In this document: piece by piece, positions 28,234-38,325 of the stretch
How positions within the stretch are numbered: position 1 is the stretch's first letter
Layout of the letters: each line of letters opens with the position of its first letter
Assembly: GCA_036626215.1 (NCBI GenBank)
Contig: JAZKSG010000002.1
Location: 1-59,597 of the forward strand
Length of the DNA: 59,597 nt
Reading direction: 5' to 3'
Origin: Thermoplasmatota archaeon
Lineage (GTDB): Archaea; Thermoplasmatota; E2; DHVEG-1
Notes under the pieces: model-generated
Told to the model about the DNA's origin: nothing
The model's database searches: none
Seen by the model: the letters and a program-made list of their open reading frames with translations, nothing else
Program-made: the position numbers and the translations under genes

Positions 28234-29715
28234 TCATAGTTTTTCAAGAGCCATATCTAATTTATCTAAGAAATACTCGACTTCACCTCTACTGATAACT
28301 GTAGGGGGCAATATCCTTAGATATTTATCTGTAGACAAACTACTTTTAACGCCCAGTTCTCTAAGAGAATCCTGTGTTTTAGACACGTTTTCTTCGCTGC
28401 CTAGAGAAAAAGAAATCATCAGTCCTCTTCCACGTATCTCTTCTATGACTGAATGTTTTTCTTTTAACGACTTCAAACCTTTTCTAAATTGTTTAGATCT
28501 TTCTACTACATTGGCAGTAACATCTCTTTCTCTCATCTGACGTGTGGCAATCAAAGCAGAGGTCATAGCCATAGGGTTTCCACCAAAAGTTGAGCCATCA
28601 TAACCAGGTTTCATAGCGTTAGATATTTCATCATTTGTAACTACTGCCGTTACAGGATAACCTCCTCCGAAAGATTTACCGATAACCATTATATCTGGAA
28701 CAACATCATAGCTGTCACATGCAAACCAATCTCCTTTTTCTACTGCTGTACGGCCAAAACCAGCCTGAACTTCGTCATCAATTATAATCAGGTTTCTCTC
28801 CTCTTTAAGATACCACAATTGCTCTATAAACTCAGGATCCGCAGGGAGATTTCCTGCTTCTTCACCCTGAATTACTTCCATGATTATGATCCGAGCGTCA
28901 GTTTCATCTAAAACTTTACGTACAGAATCAATGTCGTTAAAATCTGCGAAGTGAACCCAATCTTCGTCATCTAAAAGGAAAGGTTTTCGATAATCTTTGT
29001 TCCAAGTCACCGCAACAGCACCATGAGTACGACCATGAAAACCATTTTTGAAAGCAACTACATCTTTGCTGTTGGTGTAGGCCTTAGCTATTTTAATGGC
29101 TTTATCTACAGCCTCACCACCAGAATTCTGCCAATAAAAATAGTTTAAACCAGTGGGCATCATCTGTTCGATTTCTTTTAGAAATCTTGTTCGAGCAATT
29201 TGAACACGGTCCTCTTTCATAGAAATTAAAAGATTTGCTTGATTGTACAGTCCTCTAGCTAATTCTTTGTTGTCCATACCTAGATTGGTGGCGCTATAGT
29301 TGCTATCCATATCTAAAAACCATCTGCCTTTTGTGTCAAGTATCCAGCTTCCTTCTCCCCTAACAGGGACTATATCTTTCTCAAGTTTCGAAACCGGGAT
29401 TTTGTATTTTTTATGAATCTCTATTGCTTCATCTGTAGAAATCTCAGAATAATTAAGTTGATCAATAATTTCTTGAATTATGTCACGGGGCAGATGTAGA
29501 GTATCTATATAGTTAACTATTTTATCCGCTTCAGAAATACTGATGGGTTTTCTTAGATCAGTTATCTCTACGTTTTCTTTTAAACCCTGTATAATTTTTT
29601 GATCATCTATAACATTTTCAAAAACTTCAAGGATTCTTTCTAGGGTAGCGTTCGTTCTCTCAGGGTTCAAAGATCTTTCATATACTAACGCGTTTTTTAA
29701 TTTATTTATATCCAT
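28234..29715 (-). CDS. Class III (ArgD/ornithine-type) PLP aminotransferase with an N-terminal extension of about 120 aa
   Basis: NSGGEAVDKAIK, DEVQAGFGRT, and IGKSFGGGYP carrying the PLP lysine. Confidence 0.8.
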   Translation of the reverse strand: MDINKLKNALVYERSLNPERTNATLERILEVFENVIDDQKIIQGLKENVEITDLRKPISISEADKIVNYIDTLHLPRDIIQEIIDQLNYSEISTDEAIEIHKKYKIPVSKLEKDIVPVRGEGSWILDTKGRWFLDMDSNYSATNLGMDNKELARGLYNQANLLISMKEDRVQIARTRFLKEIEQMMPTGLNYFYWQNSGGEAVDKAIKIAKAYTNSKDVVAFKNGFHGRTHGAVAVTWNKDYRKPFLLDDEDWVHFADFNDIDSVRKVLDETDARIIIMEVIQGEEAGNLPADPEFIEQLWYLKEERNLIIIDDEVQAGFGRTAVEKGDWFACDSYDVVPDIMVIGKSFGGGYPVTAVVTNDEISNAMKPGYDGSTFGGNPMAMTSALIATRQMRERDVTANVVERSKQFRKGLKSLKEKHSVIEEIRGRGLMISFSLGSEENVSKTQDSLRELGVKSSLSTDKYLRILPPTVISRGEVEYFLDKLDMALEKL

Positions 29716-29927
29716 AATTTTTTTGACACCTTTTTTTACAAAAACGTTATATCAGATAATAGAGTACCGCACGGCATTATTTCTCCTCATTGATTATTTT
29801 TATAATCTGAGTTTATAATGAGCATCTGTAAAAAGGTTTCCTTTGTGTTAAAATCAAAAGTTTAATAAACTCCTTACCTTAGTTGAATAGAGAAGAGCTA
29901 AACTAAAATTAATATTGGTGGTAATCT

Positions 29928-30161
29928 TTGGATCGTGAAGAAATAGAAAAACTGTGGTCGTGCCCCAATTGCGGGTCACAAATGAGGAAAATAGCTAACG
30001 ACAGTACACCGTATAGAGTTTGTACACAATGTGGATGTTCAGTAGAGGCAGAAGAAAAAACTTTCAATCCGGGTACTTTATGTCCCAACTGTAAGCAGCC
30101 ACTTGGGGACAATATGGAATGTCCTTATTGTGGTTATGATTTAGGTTCAGATTTTGATTAA
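29928..30161 (+). CDS. Small multi-zinc-ribbon protein
   Basis: CPNCG, CTQCGC, CPNC and CPYCG pairs. TTG start. Confidence 0.5.
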   Translation: MDREEIEKLWSCPNCGSQMRKIANDSTPYRVCTQCGCSVEAEEKTFNPGTLCPNCKQPLGDNMECPYCGYDLGSDFD

Positions 30162-30327
30162 AAAAACCAATAATTTTTAATTCTTTTTTTTTTGCAACCA
30201 TCCGCTCTATTTTATAGGTTTTAACAGACTATATGAAACAAAAAAATATATTTTATTAGGATATTTATCATGCAATCAAAAACCTTATATAACGTTTCAA
30301 GCTAAAAAAAGAGTGGAGGAGGTAAAA

Positions 30328-31443
30328 ATGTCAATAGAATCTCTGGTTGATCGGGATTATCTTTATCTTGGCTCAAATGAGTCCATCTCAAAAGCATTAC
30401 CAAAATTTGAATCAACAGACACCCTGATAATCAAAGATGGAAACAAATATCAAGGCGTCCTACTGGAAAAAGACATAGCTAGAACAAAAATATCGCTCAA
30501 TACAAAAGTAAAAACTTTTATGACACATGCACCTACATTAAAGATAAATCAGCCTGTAGAAGAAACAGCGCGGTTGATGTTGGAAAACAGAATGTACCAG
30601 CTACCTGTTTTAGAAAATAAAAAAATCAAAGGTGTAGTAACAGCAAATCAAATCTTAACGAGGATAGTGAAACAAGAAATCGGGAATAAGAAAGCCGAAG
30701 AATATATGACTTCAAAGCTAACCACTATTAAACCAGGTGATCCTCTAAGTAAAGCCATAAAGCTATTTCGAGGTAAAGATATAAACATCATACCAGCGGT
30801 AGAGGACAACAGAGTTATAGGTATTCTCGATATGCATTCTGTCCTCAAAAGAACTGTACATCCAGAAAACAGACCTGAGGGATTCAAAGAACATGGAGCC
30901 TATGTAGACGAAAAAGAAGGCTACATAAAAACACCTGTTCAAAACTATATGGAGACACCTCTGAAGATTTTTAATCCGGAAGATAAAATAAATGACATAG
31001 TTGACCACATGACAAAAAATAATCTCCATGGAGTACTCATCGGAAATGAAAACAAAGCAGAGGGGATTTTAACTAAAAAAGATCTGTTAGAGCCAATCGC
31101 GGTATACACAAAAAAAGAACCTATAATAGTTCAATTCGCAGGGGAACTAGATAAACTTACAGGGTTTAACAAAGAGGCAGCTAAAAAAGAGTTGTTTGAA
31201 GATTTTAGAAAATATGAAGATTATCTTAACGTGATACAAATATTTGTACATTTAAAACAACACAACGAAACCAGACGGGATTTACATCTTATACACTGCA
31301 GAATGAGGTTATCTTATCCGGGAGGGATGTTTATAGCTACAGAAGAAGGCTGGGGGTATATGCATGCTATCCGAGAGGCAGAGGCAGAAGTAGAACGGCA
31401 GATAAAAAGAAAAAAAGAGAAAGAAAGGGATAAGAGGCGATAG
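30328..31443 (+). CDS. Four-CBS-domain protein with a C-terminal HPF/RaiA (S30AE)-like domain
   Basis: Start moved to the ATG at 30328 after GGAGG. CBS repeats span about aa 5-255. The C-terminus (IIVQFAGELD ... IQIFVHLKQ ... HCRMRLSYPGGMFIATEEGWGYMHAIREAEAEVERQIKRKKEK) mirrors the HPF pattern (...V..A.E.G.DMYAAID...DKL.RQL.K.K.K). Confidence 0.7.
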   Translation: MSIESLVDRDYLYLGSNESISKALPKFESTDTLIIKDGNKYQGVLLEKDIARTKISLNTKVKTFMTHAPTLKINQPVEETARLMLENRMYQLPVLENKKIKGVVTANQILTRIVKQEIGNKKAEEYMTSKLTTIKPGDPLSKAIKLFRGKDINIIPAVEDNRVIGILDMHSVLKRTVHPENRPEGFKEHGAYVDEKEGYIKTPVQNYMETPLKIFNPEDKINDIVDHMTKNNLHGVLIGNENKAEGILTKKDLLEPIAVYTKKEPIIVQFAGELDKLTGFNKEAAKKELFEDFRKYEDYLNVIQIFVHLKQHNETRRDLHLIHCRMRLSYPGGMFIATEEGWGYMHAIREAEAEVERQIKRKKEKERDKRR

Positions 31444-31446
31444 AAG

Positions 31447-31752
31447 ATGGGAGAATACTGGATAACACACGTAAAGAAAAAAGATGACAAACACATTGAG
31501 CAAGTGAAGGCATTGATGAACACAGTTGAGGGGTTAACTAATCCAGTAAAATATAACCGAGATCAAGTAGTAGAAAGTATACAGAAAGGTGACGACTGGT
31601 ATACCTGTATGTTGAAAGAGAAGAAAAATGCAAAAAATGTATGGGAGAAAACATCAGAAGTACATACAGTAAAAATTGATGGAGACAAATTTATAAGAAC
31701 CGATAGAAATAAAAAGAAAGAAGATAACCTAGGAAAACTTCCTCAGCTCTAA
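31447..31752 (+). CDS. DUF3892-family protein
   Basis: YWITHVKK ... DWYTCM ... FIRTDRNKKKEDNLGKLPQL matches my recollection of DUF3892. It lies 3 nt after the upstream stop. Confidence 0.55.
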   Translation: MGEYWITHVKKKDDKHIEQVKALMNTVEGLTNPVKYNRDQVVESIQKGDDWYTCMLKEKKNAKNVWEKTSEVHTVKIDGDKFIRTDRNKKKEDNLGKLPQL

Positions 31753-31776
31753 AAAAAAGAAAAAAAACAATGTTTT

Positions 31777-32997
31777 TTATGCGCCAAATTTTTCGAGTCG
31801 TTCAGCGTTAGCCATAGCTAACGGCATTAAGTCTTCACCTGGAAAACGACATCCAAGGCCGCCTTTTGTGCAGCTACGTTCACCAAAAATTTTTACTTCA
31901 TCGACACGACAACGACCAGAATATAGAAGTACTGGTACAGGATGCCAACTATGATACTCTAGCTGGGATGGAGTAGAATGATCTCCTGTAACGATGAGTA
32001 CATCAGGGTTTAAATCAATAACTCTGGAGATTTGGTTATCTACTCTCTCTATTTCTTTCAATTTTTTGTTATAATCGCCGTCTTCCCCATAGCTATCTGT
32101 TTTTTTAATATGGACATAGAAGAAATCAAAATTATCCCAGTTTTTCTCTAATGTCTCGAATTCTTCAGCGATCTCTTCACCGGTCTCCAACACATTCATC
32201 CCTAAGAGACGGGAGATTCCTCGGTACATAGGATAGGATGCGATAGCAGCTGCTTTTAATCCGTATGTTTCATTCATGGTGGGCCAATCTGGTTTTTTAG
32301 AGAAACCACGTAGAAGTACCATGTTGGCAGGGTGTTGATCCTTCAATTTTTTCTGAGCTTGATTTATGAAACTATTAACGATTTCAGCAGTTTTTTTAGC
32401 TTCTTCTGAAAGAGGTTTAGGGTCTAGAGGTTTCTTTCCGATTTCTTGTGGATCGGTATCGGATATGTCGGCGGAAAGATTTTCTCCTCTTATAACTAGT
32501 AGAAATCTATATTCTTTTACTGTTTCTACATGTATTTCAACACCAGGTATCTCTATGTCTCTTAAGATTTCGCATAGTTGCTGGTTTTTTTCTGATGGTA
32601 TACGACCTGCTCTTCTATCTACTACTTCTTCATTTTTGTTTACTTCACAAAAGTTTCCTCTGGCTGATATGTCTCCTTTTTTTAGTTTGAAATCTATGCC
32701 TGCAGCAGATAGAACTCCTCTTCCAACTTGATATTTTATAGGGTTGTATCCAAAGAGTGATAGGTGGCCTGGGCCGCTGCCTGGTGTTATCCCTGGGGCT
32801 ACAGGTTGTTGAAGGCCACATATGCTTTTGGTTGCTAATTTATCAAGATTAGGTGTATGTGCGGCTTCCAGCTCGGTTAAACCGTTTTCGCCAGGTAGAC
32901 CGCCGAGGCCATCTATAACCATTAATACGATTTTAGTGTCGGATGGTTTTTTCAGTTTTTTTATAATATTTAAATCCATTTTGTGTGTTCTCTCCAT
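31777..32997 (-). CDS. apgM: Cofactor-independent phosphoglycerate mutase, archaeal type
   Basis: VLMVIDGLGG, GPGHLSLFGY, FFYVHIKKTDSYGEDGD, TGDHSTP. Confidence 0.85.
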   Translation of the reverse strand: MERTHKMDLNIIKKLKKPSDTKIVLMVIDGLGGLPGENGLTELEAAHTPNLDKLATKSICGLQQPVAPGITPGSGPGHLSLFGYNPIKYQVGRGVLSAAGIDFKLKKGDISARGNFCEVNKNEEVVDRRAGRIPSEKNQQLCEILRDIEIPGVEIHVETVKEYRFLLVIRGENLSADISDTDPQEIGKKPLDPKPLSEEAKKTAEIVNSFINQAQKKLKDQHPANMVLLRGFSKKPDWPTMNETYGLKAAAIASYPMYRGISRLLGMNVLETGEEIAEEFETLEKNWDNFDFFYVHIKKTDSYGEDGDYNKKLKEIERVDNQISRVIDLNPDVLIVTGDHSTPSQLEYHSWHPVPVLLYSGRCRVDEVKIFGERSCTKGGLGCRFPGEDLMPLAMANAERLEKFGA

Positions 32998-33157
32998 TTA
33001 TAGCGATTTTTAAAAGGTTTTTAAAAGTTTTGAGAGAGTAAATCTTTTTTGTTTTATAGAAAAAAATAGGAGACAAAAACCGAAACCTTTAAATACCATA
33101 TTAACACAACTTGTGGTGCCGTTATAATCTAAGGGTAAACCATGGTGTAAAAATAAG

Positions 33158-33478
33158 ATGCAAGATAAAAATAGAAACGAAGATCAGGTAAGAATGCCTC
33201 TACCTAAAAGAGAAAAAAACCAAATGTTTGCAGTAGTAAACCGAAGGTTAGGTGGATCAAGAATGAACGTAGCTTGTGAAGATGGAAAAACTAGGATAGC
33301 TAGAATACCTGGGGGAAAAAAGAGAAGTATTAAAAAAATCCATAACGGCGATTTAGTAATAATTGCACCATGGGATATACAAGACGAAAAAGCAGATATC
33401 CAATATAAATACAGAAGAAGTCAAGCTAAAATATTAAGTAAAAAAGGCATTCTGCCAGATGAATTAAAAGTGTTTTAG
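33158..33478 (+). CDS. eif1A: Translation initiation factor aIF-1A
   Basis: S1-like core GGSRMNVACEDGKTRIARIPGGKKRSIKKIHNGDLVIIAPWD. Confidence 0.85.
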   Translation: MQDKNRNEDQVRMPLPKREKNQMFAVVNRRLGGSRMNVACEDGKTRIARIPGGKKRSIKKIHNGDLVIIAPWDIQDEKADIQYKYRRSQAKILSKKGILPDELKVF

Positions 33479-33549
33479 TAAAAACATAACTCAAAACATG
33501 ATTTTAACATAGTAAATATTAAAATGAATTATTATAAGGGGGAAATTGT

Positions 33550-34497
33550 GTGCCTCGAAAAGAACAAAATAAAGAAAATGCAACGATTGAATATACAAAA
33601 AAATGTTCAGAATGCGGAAGTAAAAACATCTCCCGTGATAACAAACGTGGAGAAATAGTCTGTCAGGATTGCGGACTAGTAATAGATGACGACATGATTG
33701 ACCATGGGCCGGAATGGCGAGCTTTTGACCAAGAACAAAAAAAGAAGAGAGCAAGAGCTGGTCCCCCAACTAAATATACTTTGCATGATAAAGGTCTTAG
33801 TACCACTATCAGCTGGAAAAACCGTGATTCATATGGACGAACCATCCCTACAAAGATGAGGGGACAGATATATCGTCTGAGGAAATGGCAACGACGTACA
33901 CGTATAAGTAACGCAAGTGAAAGAAGCCTAGCAGTAGCTTTCGCAGAGCTGAATAAAATAGCTTCAATTTTGAATCTACCAAGAACTATAAGAGAACAAT
34001 CAGGAATGCTATATAGAAAAGCAGCAAAGAAAAACCTGATAAGAGGACGAAGCGTGGAAGGAGTAGTAGTGGCAAGTGTCTATGCTGCTTGTAGACTTGC
34101 TGGTATGCCTAGAACTTTAGATGAATTGAGTGAAAAATCTCAGATAAAGAGAAAAGAAATAGGGCGTACCTATCGTTTTATTGTAAGAGAACTTGGTTTA
34201 AAAATGCCTCCTAGTAGTCCAGTAGACTACGTTTCTAGATTTGGAAGTAAACTAGGTTTAGATCAAGATGTTAAAAGAAAAACAGTTGAAATCCTTGAAA
34301 GAGCTATTGAAAACGAGTTAACTAGTGGACGTGGACCAGTTAGCCTAGCTGCAGCAGCTATATATATTGCATCTGTTCTATGTAAAAAACGTGTAACACA
34401 GAGAGAGATAGCCGAGGTCGCTGGTGTAACTGAGGTGACTATACGTAATCGTTATAAGGAGCTCGCTGAAAAACTAGATATAGAAATAAACATTTAA
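33550..34497 (+). CDS. tfb: Transcription initiation factor TFB
   Basis: Zn ribbon CSECGS...CQDCGLV, B-reader DHGPEWRAF, and two cyclin repeats ending in [17 protein letters not shown]. Confidence 0.92.
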   Translation: MPRKEQNKENATIEYTKKCSECGSKNISRDNKRGEIVCQDCGLVIDDDMIDHGPEWRAFDQEQKKKRARAGPPTKYTLHDKGLSTTISWKNRDSYGRTIPTKMRGQIYRLRKWQRRTRISNASERSLAVAFAELNKIASILNLPRTIREQSGMLYRKAAKKNLIRGRSVEGVVVASVYAACRLAGMPRTLDELSEKSQIKRKEIGRTYRFIVRELGLKMPPSSPVDYVSRFGSKLGLDQDVKRKTVEILERAIENELTSGRGPVSLAAAAIYIASVLCKKRVTQREIAEVAGVTEVTIRNRYKELAEKLDIEINI

Positions 34498-34608
34498 AAA
34501 CAATTAACATATAGTACTTTCAAAAAAATTTAGGCTAAAAATTTTTAAAAACATATAGAGGGCAGAATGAAATTTTTCAGATGAGAAAAGAGTAGTGGTT
34601 TAAAATAT

Positions 34609-36018
34609 ATGGATGAGATATTAAAAAAACGAGTGGGGAGAACTCCACTTATAAGAGCTAGAAAGTTAGAGAAAGAATTAGGGATAAAAAAGATTTTTTT
34701 AAAACTGGAGGGAAACAATCCTTCTGGACATAGTGAAGACAGACTTGCATATCTAATTATTCGTGATGCTTTGGCGCGTGGTAAAAAAACTATTTGTATG
34801 GGGACATATGGAACAATAGGTGGCTCTCTTTCATATCTTTCTCGTTATTATGATATAAACTTGGTTTTTTATGTACCTGATGAAGACAAAATTTCACGTA
34901 AAGATCTACTTGATTCAGATAAAGTTGAGATAAGAGAAAACGGTGGAACATATGAGGAATGTGTAACTGAGAGTCGACGTGTTGCACAAAAAAACAACTG
35001 GTATGATGCAAATTTTGGTTATGCTAACAGCGTTATGAATATGTATGCTTTTTCTTATATTGCTAAAGAGATAAATAATCAGCTAAATGGTGAAGTTAAC
35101 ACTATTTTTTGTCAGACTTTTAATGGTTCTTCTATAGCGGGGATACATCTTGGTTTGAAAGATTTATGGATAGATGAGACTATTGAAAAACTACCAAAGA
35201 TCTGGGCGGTAAGCACAGAAAATGGTAATGCAATCATTGAATCATATGAAAAAGGGAGTAAAGAAATTTTGACTTTAGACGAAAATGATACAGTGAAAAC
35301 TGAGCATAGTAGGCATATGGTTAATACAAACTGCTATAACGGCCAGGATGCGCTCAACGCGATACATGATACATATGGTGGTGCAGTAGGCGTCCAGGAT
35401 GAGGAACTTACTAAAAATGATAAAAAAGTGAAAGATTTAGAAAACATTGATATGAGTACTGCAAATTCTTTTGCTATAACTGGTTTTATCAAAGCAGCTA
35501 AAGAAGGAGAAATATCAGATGGAAACCATGTTATAATTCTTCCTGATGGAACTATAGAGTTAGATGTCAGAGTTTTATCTAAAAGCGACCTAAATATTTC
35601 TTATGAAGAGATGTTAGAAAGGCTTGATGAATGGCTTCTGGAATTTTCTGATCCGATGTGTGAGATGAGAGAGGCAGTGGAGAACGCTTTTGAAGATGGA
35701 TATGTTTTAGGTGCCTTTGATCATAACACCTTAGTAGGTTTATCTATAGTATCTCGATCTGGTTTCGATACTTTTTTCCCGAAATATCATCTTTCGTATA
35801 TAGCTACGAAGAAAGATGTTAAGGGGAGAGGTATAGCTACCCGTTTGATTCAGGAGGCTCTTCAGGCGGCTAACGGTGATTTATCGTTGCATGTGGAGAC
35901 TAACAACAAAAAAGCGATAAAGCTTTATGAGAAAATGGGTCTACGGAAGAAGTATTACAGGATGATTTATGAAGGTGAGGAGCATGGATCAAAGGAAGAA
36001 AATTCTGACGAGGGATGA
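34609..36018 (+). CDS. Threonine-synthase-like (fold type II PLP) domain lacking the Schiff-base lysine, fused to a C-terminal GNAT acetyltransferase domain
   Basis: GRTPLI...LKLEGNNPSGHSEDR aligns to the canonical E..NPTGSFKDR, with Glu (codon 34735-34737) in place of Lys. C-terminal GNAT motif: KDVKGRGIATRLIQEAL...NKKAIKLYEKMG. Confidence 0.65.
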   Translation: MDEILKKRVGRTPLIRARKLEKELGIKKIFLKLEGNNPSGHSEDRLAYLIIRDALARGKKTICMGTYGTIGGSLSYLSRYYDINLVFYVPDEDKISRKDLLDSDKVEIRENGGTYEECVTESRRVAQKNNWYDANFGYANSVMNMYAFSYIAKEINNQLNGEVNTIFCQTFNGSSIAGIHLGLKDLWIDETIEKLPKIWAVSTENGNAIIESYEKGSKEILTLDENDTVKTEHSRHMVNTNCYNGQDALNAIHDTYGGAVGVQDEELTKNDKKVKDLENIDMSTANSFAITGFIKAAKEGEISDGNHVIILPDGTIELDVRVLSKSDLNISYEEMLERLDEWLLEFSDPMCEMREAVENAFEDGYVLGAFDHNTLVGLSIVSRSGFDTFFPKYHLSYIATKKDVKGRGIATRLIQEALQAANGDLSLHVETNNKKAIKLYEKMGLRKKYYRMIYEGEEHGSKEENSDEG

Positions 36019-37252
36019 AGAAGAGGAATTGATTTATCTCACCAAAGAATTAATTAAAATCCCTAGTTCAGTTAAAGATGGAGATGAAGTTTATCATTTT
36101 ACTCATCAATATCTTAAGGAGAAAGGTTTTGATGTAAGTTTCCAAACGGTTTCTAATCCATATATCGATTATTATGAGTTTTCTAATTTGTATTTGAAAG
36201 TTGGAAATGGTAATGGCCCAAAAATTATGTTGAATGGTCATTTAGATACAGTTAGTGTTGAAGATGAGCAACAATGGGTTCATCCTCCTTTTGAAGGTGT
36301 AGAAGAGAAAGGGAGGATATATGGTCGTGGAGCTGCAGATATGAAAGCTGGTTGCGCCGCGGAGATCATAGCTTTGTTGGGTTTAGTTGAACGGAAAGAA
36401 GAGATAAATGGAGAATTGTTTCTAAGTTGTGTATTTGGAGAGGAAGCCCCGTTTTCTCTGGGTGCAGATACTCTTCTGCGTGAATTTCCGCTTGATGACT
36501 ATAGCTTGATTGTTGTAGCTGAACCTTCTCCTTTGTTAGCGATAGATGATTATTGTTTTACACATGAAAGGATACATGAAGGAAAATTTCCAGTTACGAT
36601 AATTGGGGCAGAAGGACGTGTATTACTTGAAATAGAGTTTTTTGGTAGAGCCGCTCATGCATCTCATCCTTCAATAGGGGTCAACGTTTTACATGATGCT
36701 TCTAATTTGATTTCTGAGTTAGCGCGATTTGACATTTTTACTCATATAAAAAGAGGTAGAGGTCATTATGTAGTGTTAAACATTGATGGTGGAGATTATT
36801 CTTTTACTGTTCCAAGTTTTTGTAAAGTACTTGTAAACAGGCAGGTTATGCTTGGGGAGAGTACTGAATCAGTTATACGTGAAGTTAAAAAGATTGTTAA
36901 TGCTTTAAATTTGAAATCTAAAGTTAATATTTATCGTAGGCATTCACCTGGCCCCGAGTTAGAATATAAACCTTTTTTGAATGAGGAAGATGAGTACATT
37001 GATCTTTTTATGGATAAGGTGAACGATATGAGACCCAAGGAAGATGATGTTGAGGGAGAAAAAAAGACGCATTGTAAGTTTTCTACGAAAAGTGTCGGTG
37101 ATTTCAACCTGTTTGGGACTCGTACTGATGCTCCTACTATCATTTTTGGTCCAGGTGGCGGAAATATACATGCGCCAGATGAATTTGTGAATAAAGATGA
37201 AGTGATTGATACAGCAAATTATCTTTTAAACTATCTAATGGAGGTTTTTTAG
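35984..37252 (+). CDS. M20-family metallopeptidase/deacetylase (ArgE/DapE-like)
   Basis: LNGHLDTV, GRGAADMKAG, FGEEAP. Start taken at the internal ATG at 35984. Confidence 0.8.
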   Translation: MDQRKKILTRDEEEELIYLTKELIKIPSSVKDGDEVYHFTHQYLKEKGFDVSFQTVSNPYIDYYEFSNLYLKVGNGNGPKIMLNGHLDTVSVEDEQQWVHPPFEGVEEKGRIYGRGAADMKAGCAAEIIALLGLVERKEEINGELFLSCVFGEEAPFSLGADTLLREFPLDDYSLIVVAEPSPLLAIDDYCFTHERIHEGKFPVTIIGAEGRVLLEIEFFGRAAHASHPSIGVNVLHDASNLISELARFDIFTHIKRGRGHYVVLNIDGGDYSFTVPSFCKVLVNRQVMLGESTESVIREVKKIVNALNLKSKVNIYRRHSPGPELEYKPFLNEEDEYIDLFMDKVNDMRPKEDDVEGEKKTHCKFSTKSVGDFNLFGTRTDAPTIIFGPGGGNIHAPDEFVNKDEVIDTANYLLNYLMEVF

Positions 37253-37272
37253 TTATCAACAGATTTCCAAAG

Positions 37273-38325
37273 TTGCTGATAGATCTTAGAAAAATCAGGA
37301 GGAACACTGGAAGTATTGTTGATCTATGTCAAAGTTTTGATATAGATGTTTTTGGTGTAACCAAAGCAACCTGTGGAGATAGAAAAATTGCTGAGGCTAT
37401 GATAGCTGGTGGCGCCAGAGGGATAGCTGATTCCAGGATAGAGAATATTAAAAAACTTCAGGAGGCGGATCTAGGGGTTCCTCTGATGCTTCTTAGGACA
37501 CCTATGTTGAGTGAGACAACTGAAGTTGTAGAACATGCAGATATATCTTTGAATACTGAGATAAAAGTTTTAGATAAACTTTCCAAGGATGCAAAAAAAG
37601 CTGGTAGAGTCCATAAAGTTTTGTTGATGGTGGAGATGGGTGATCTAAGAGAAGGGATGACAACTGATCAGATACAAGATGCTGTAGAAAAAGTTGTTGA
37701 ATCTCAGAGTTTAGATCTATATGGTATAGGTATGAATCTTGCTTGTTTTGGTGGTGTAGTTCCAACAGAAGAAAAAATAAAAAAATTTTCCGACATAGTA
37801 GAAAAATTAGAAAAGAGAAACAATATGGAGATTAATGTTGTAAGTGGTGGAAACTCAGCTAATATACCATCCTTACTCAACGATGTTGAACAACGACGGA
37901 TCAACAATCTCCGGCTTGGTGAAAGCATACTTTTGGGGTTGGAAACGGTTAATCGTTCTCCTATACCTAACACATTCCAAGATGCTTTTAAAGCTGAAGC
38001 AGAAATAATAGAGTTGAAAAAGAAACCGTCTGTACCGGAAGGAGAAATCAGTCAGAATGCTTTTGGTGAAACACCTAGTTTTAAAGATAGAGGTGAGGTA
38101 TTGAGAGTCGTTGTAGCTTTGGGGAAACAAGACGTCATAGTAGAGGATTTAAAACCTTTGGATTCTAATTTAGAGATACTTGGAAGCAGCAGCGACCATA
38201 TAATTCTTCATTCCAAAAAAACTGGTTTAAACGTAGGGGACAAAGTTGGTTTCATGATGAAATATGGAGCACTAGTACATCTATATACCAGCCCATATGT
38301 AAATAAGCAATATGTTGAAAGGTGA
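37273..38325 (+). CDS. Alanine-racemase-fold PLP enzyme (ornithine racemase/YhfX-like, COG3457)
   Basis: LIDLRKIRRNTGSIVDLC...VFGVTKATCGD carries the PLP Lys in VTK. Barrel plus C-terminal beta domain. TTG start (uncertain). Confidence 0.7.
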   Translation: MLIDLRKIRRNTGSIVDLCQSFDIDVFGVTKATCGDRKIAEAMIAGGARGIADSRIENIKKLQEADLGVPLMLLRTPMLSETTEVVEHADISLNTEIKVLDKLSKDAKKAGRVHKVLLMVEMGDLREGMTTDQIQDAVEKVVESQSLDLYGIGMNLACFGGVVPTEEKIKKFSDIVEKLEKRNNMEINVVSGGNSANIPSLLNDVEQRRINNLRLGESILLGLETVNRSPIPNTFQDAFKAEAEIIELKKKPSVPEGEISQNAFGETPSFKDRGEVLRVVVALGKQDVIVEDLKPLDSNLEILGSSSDHIILHSKKTGLNVGDKVGFMMKYGALVHLYTSPYVNKQYVER

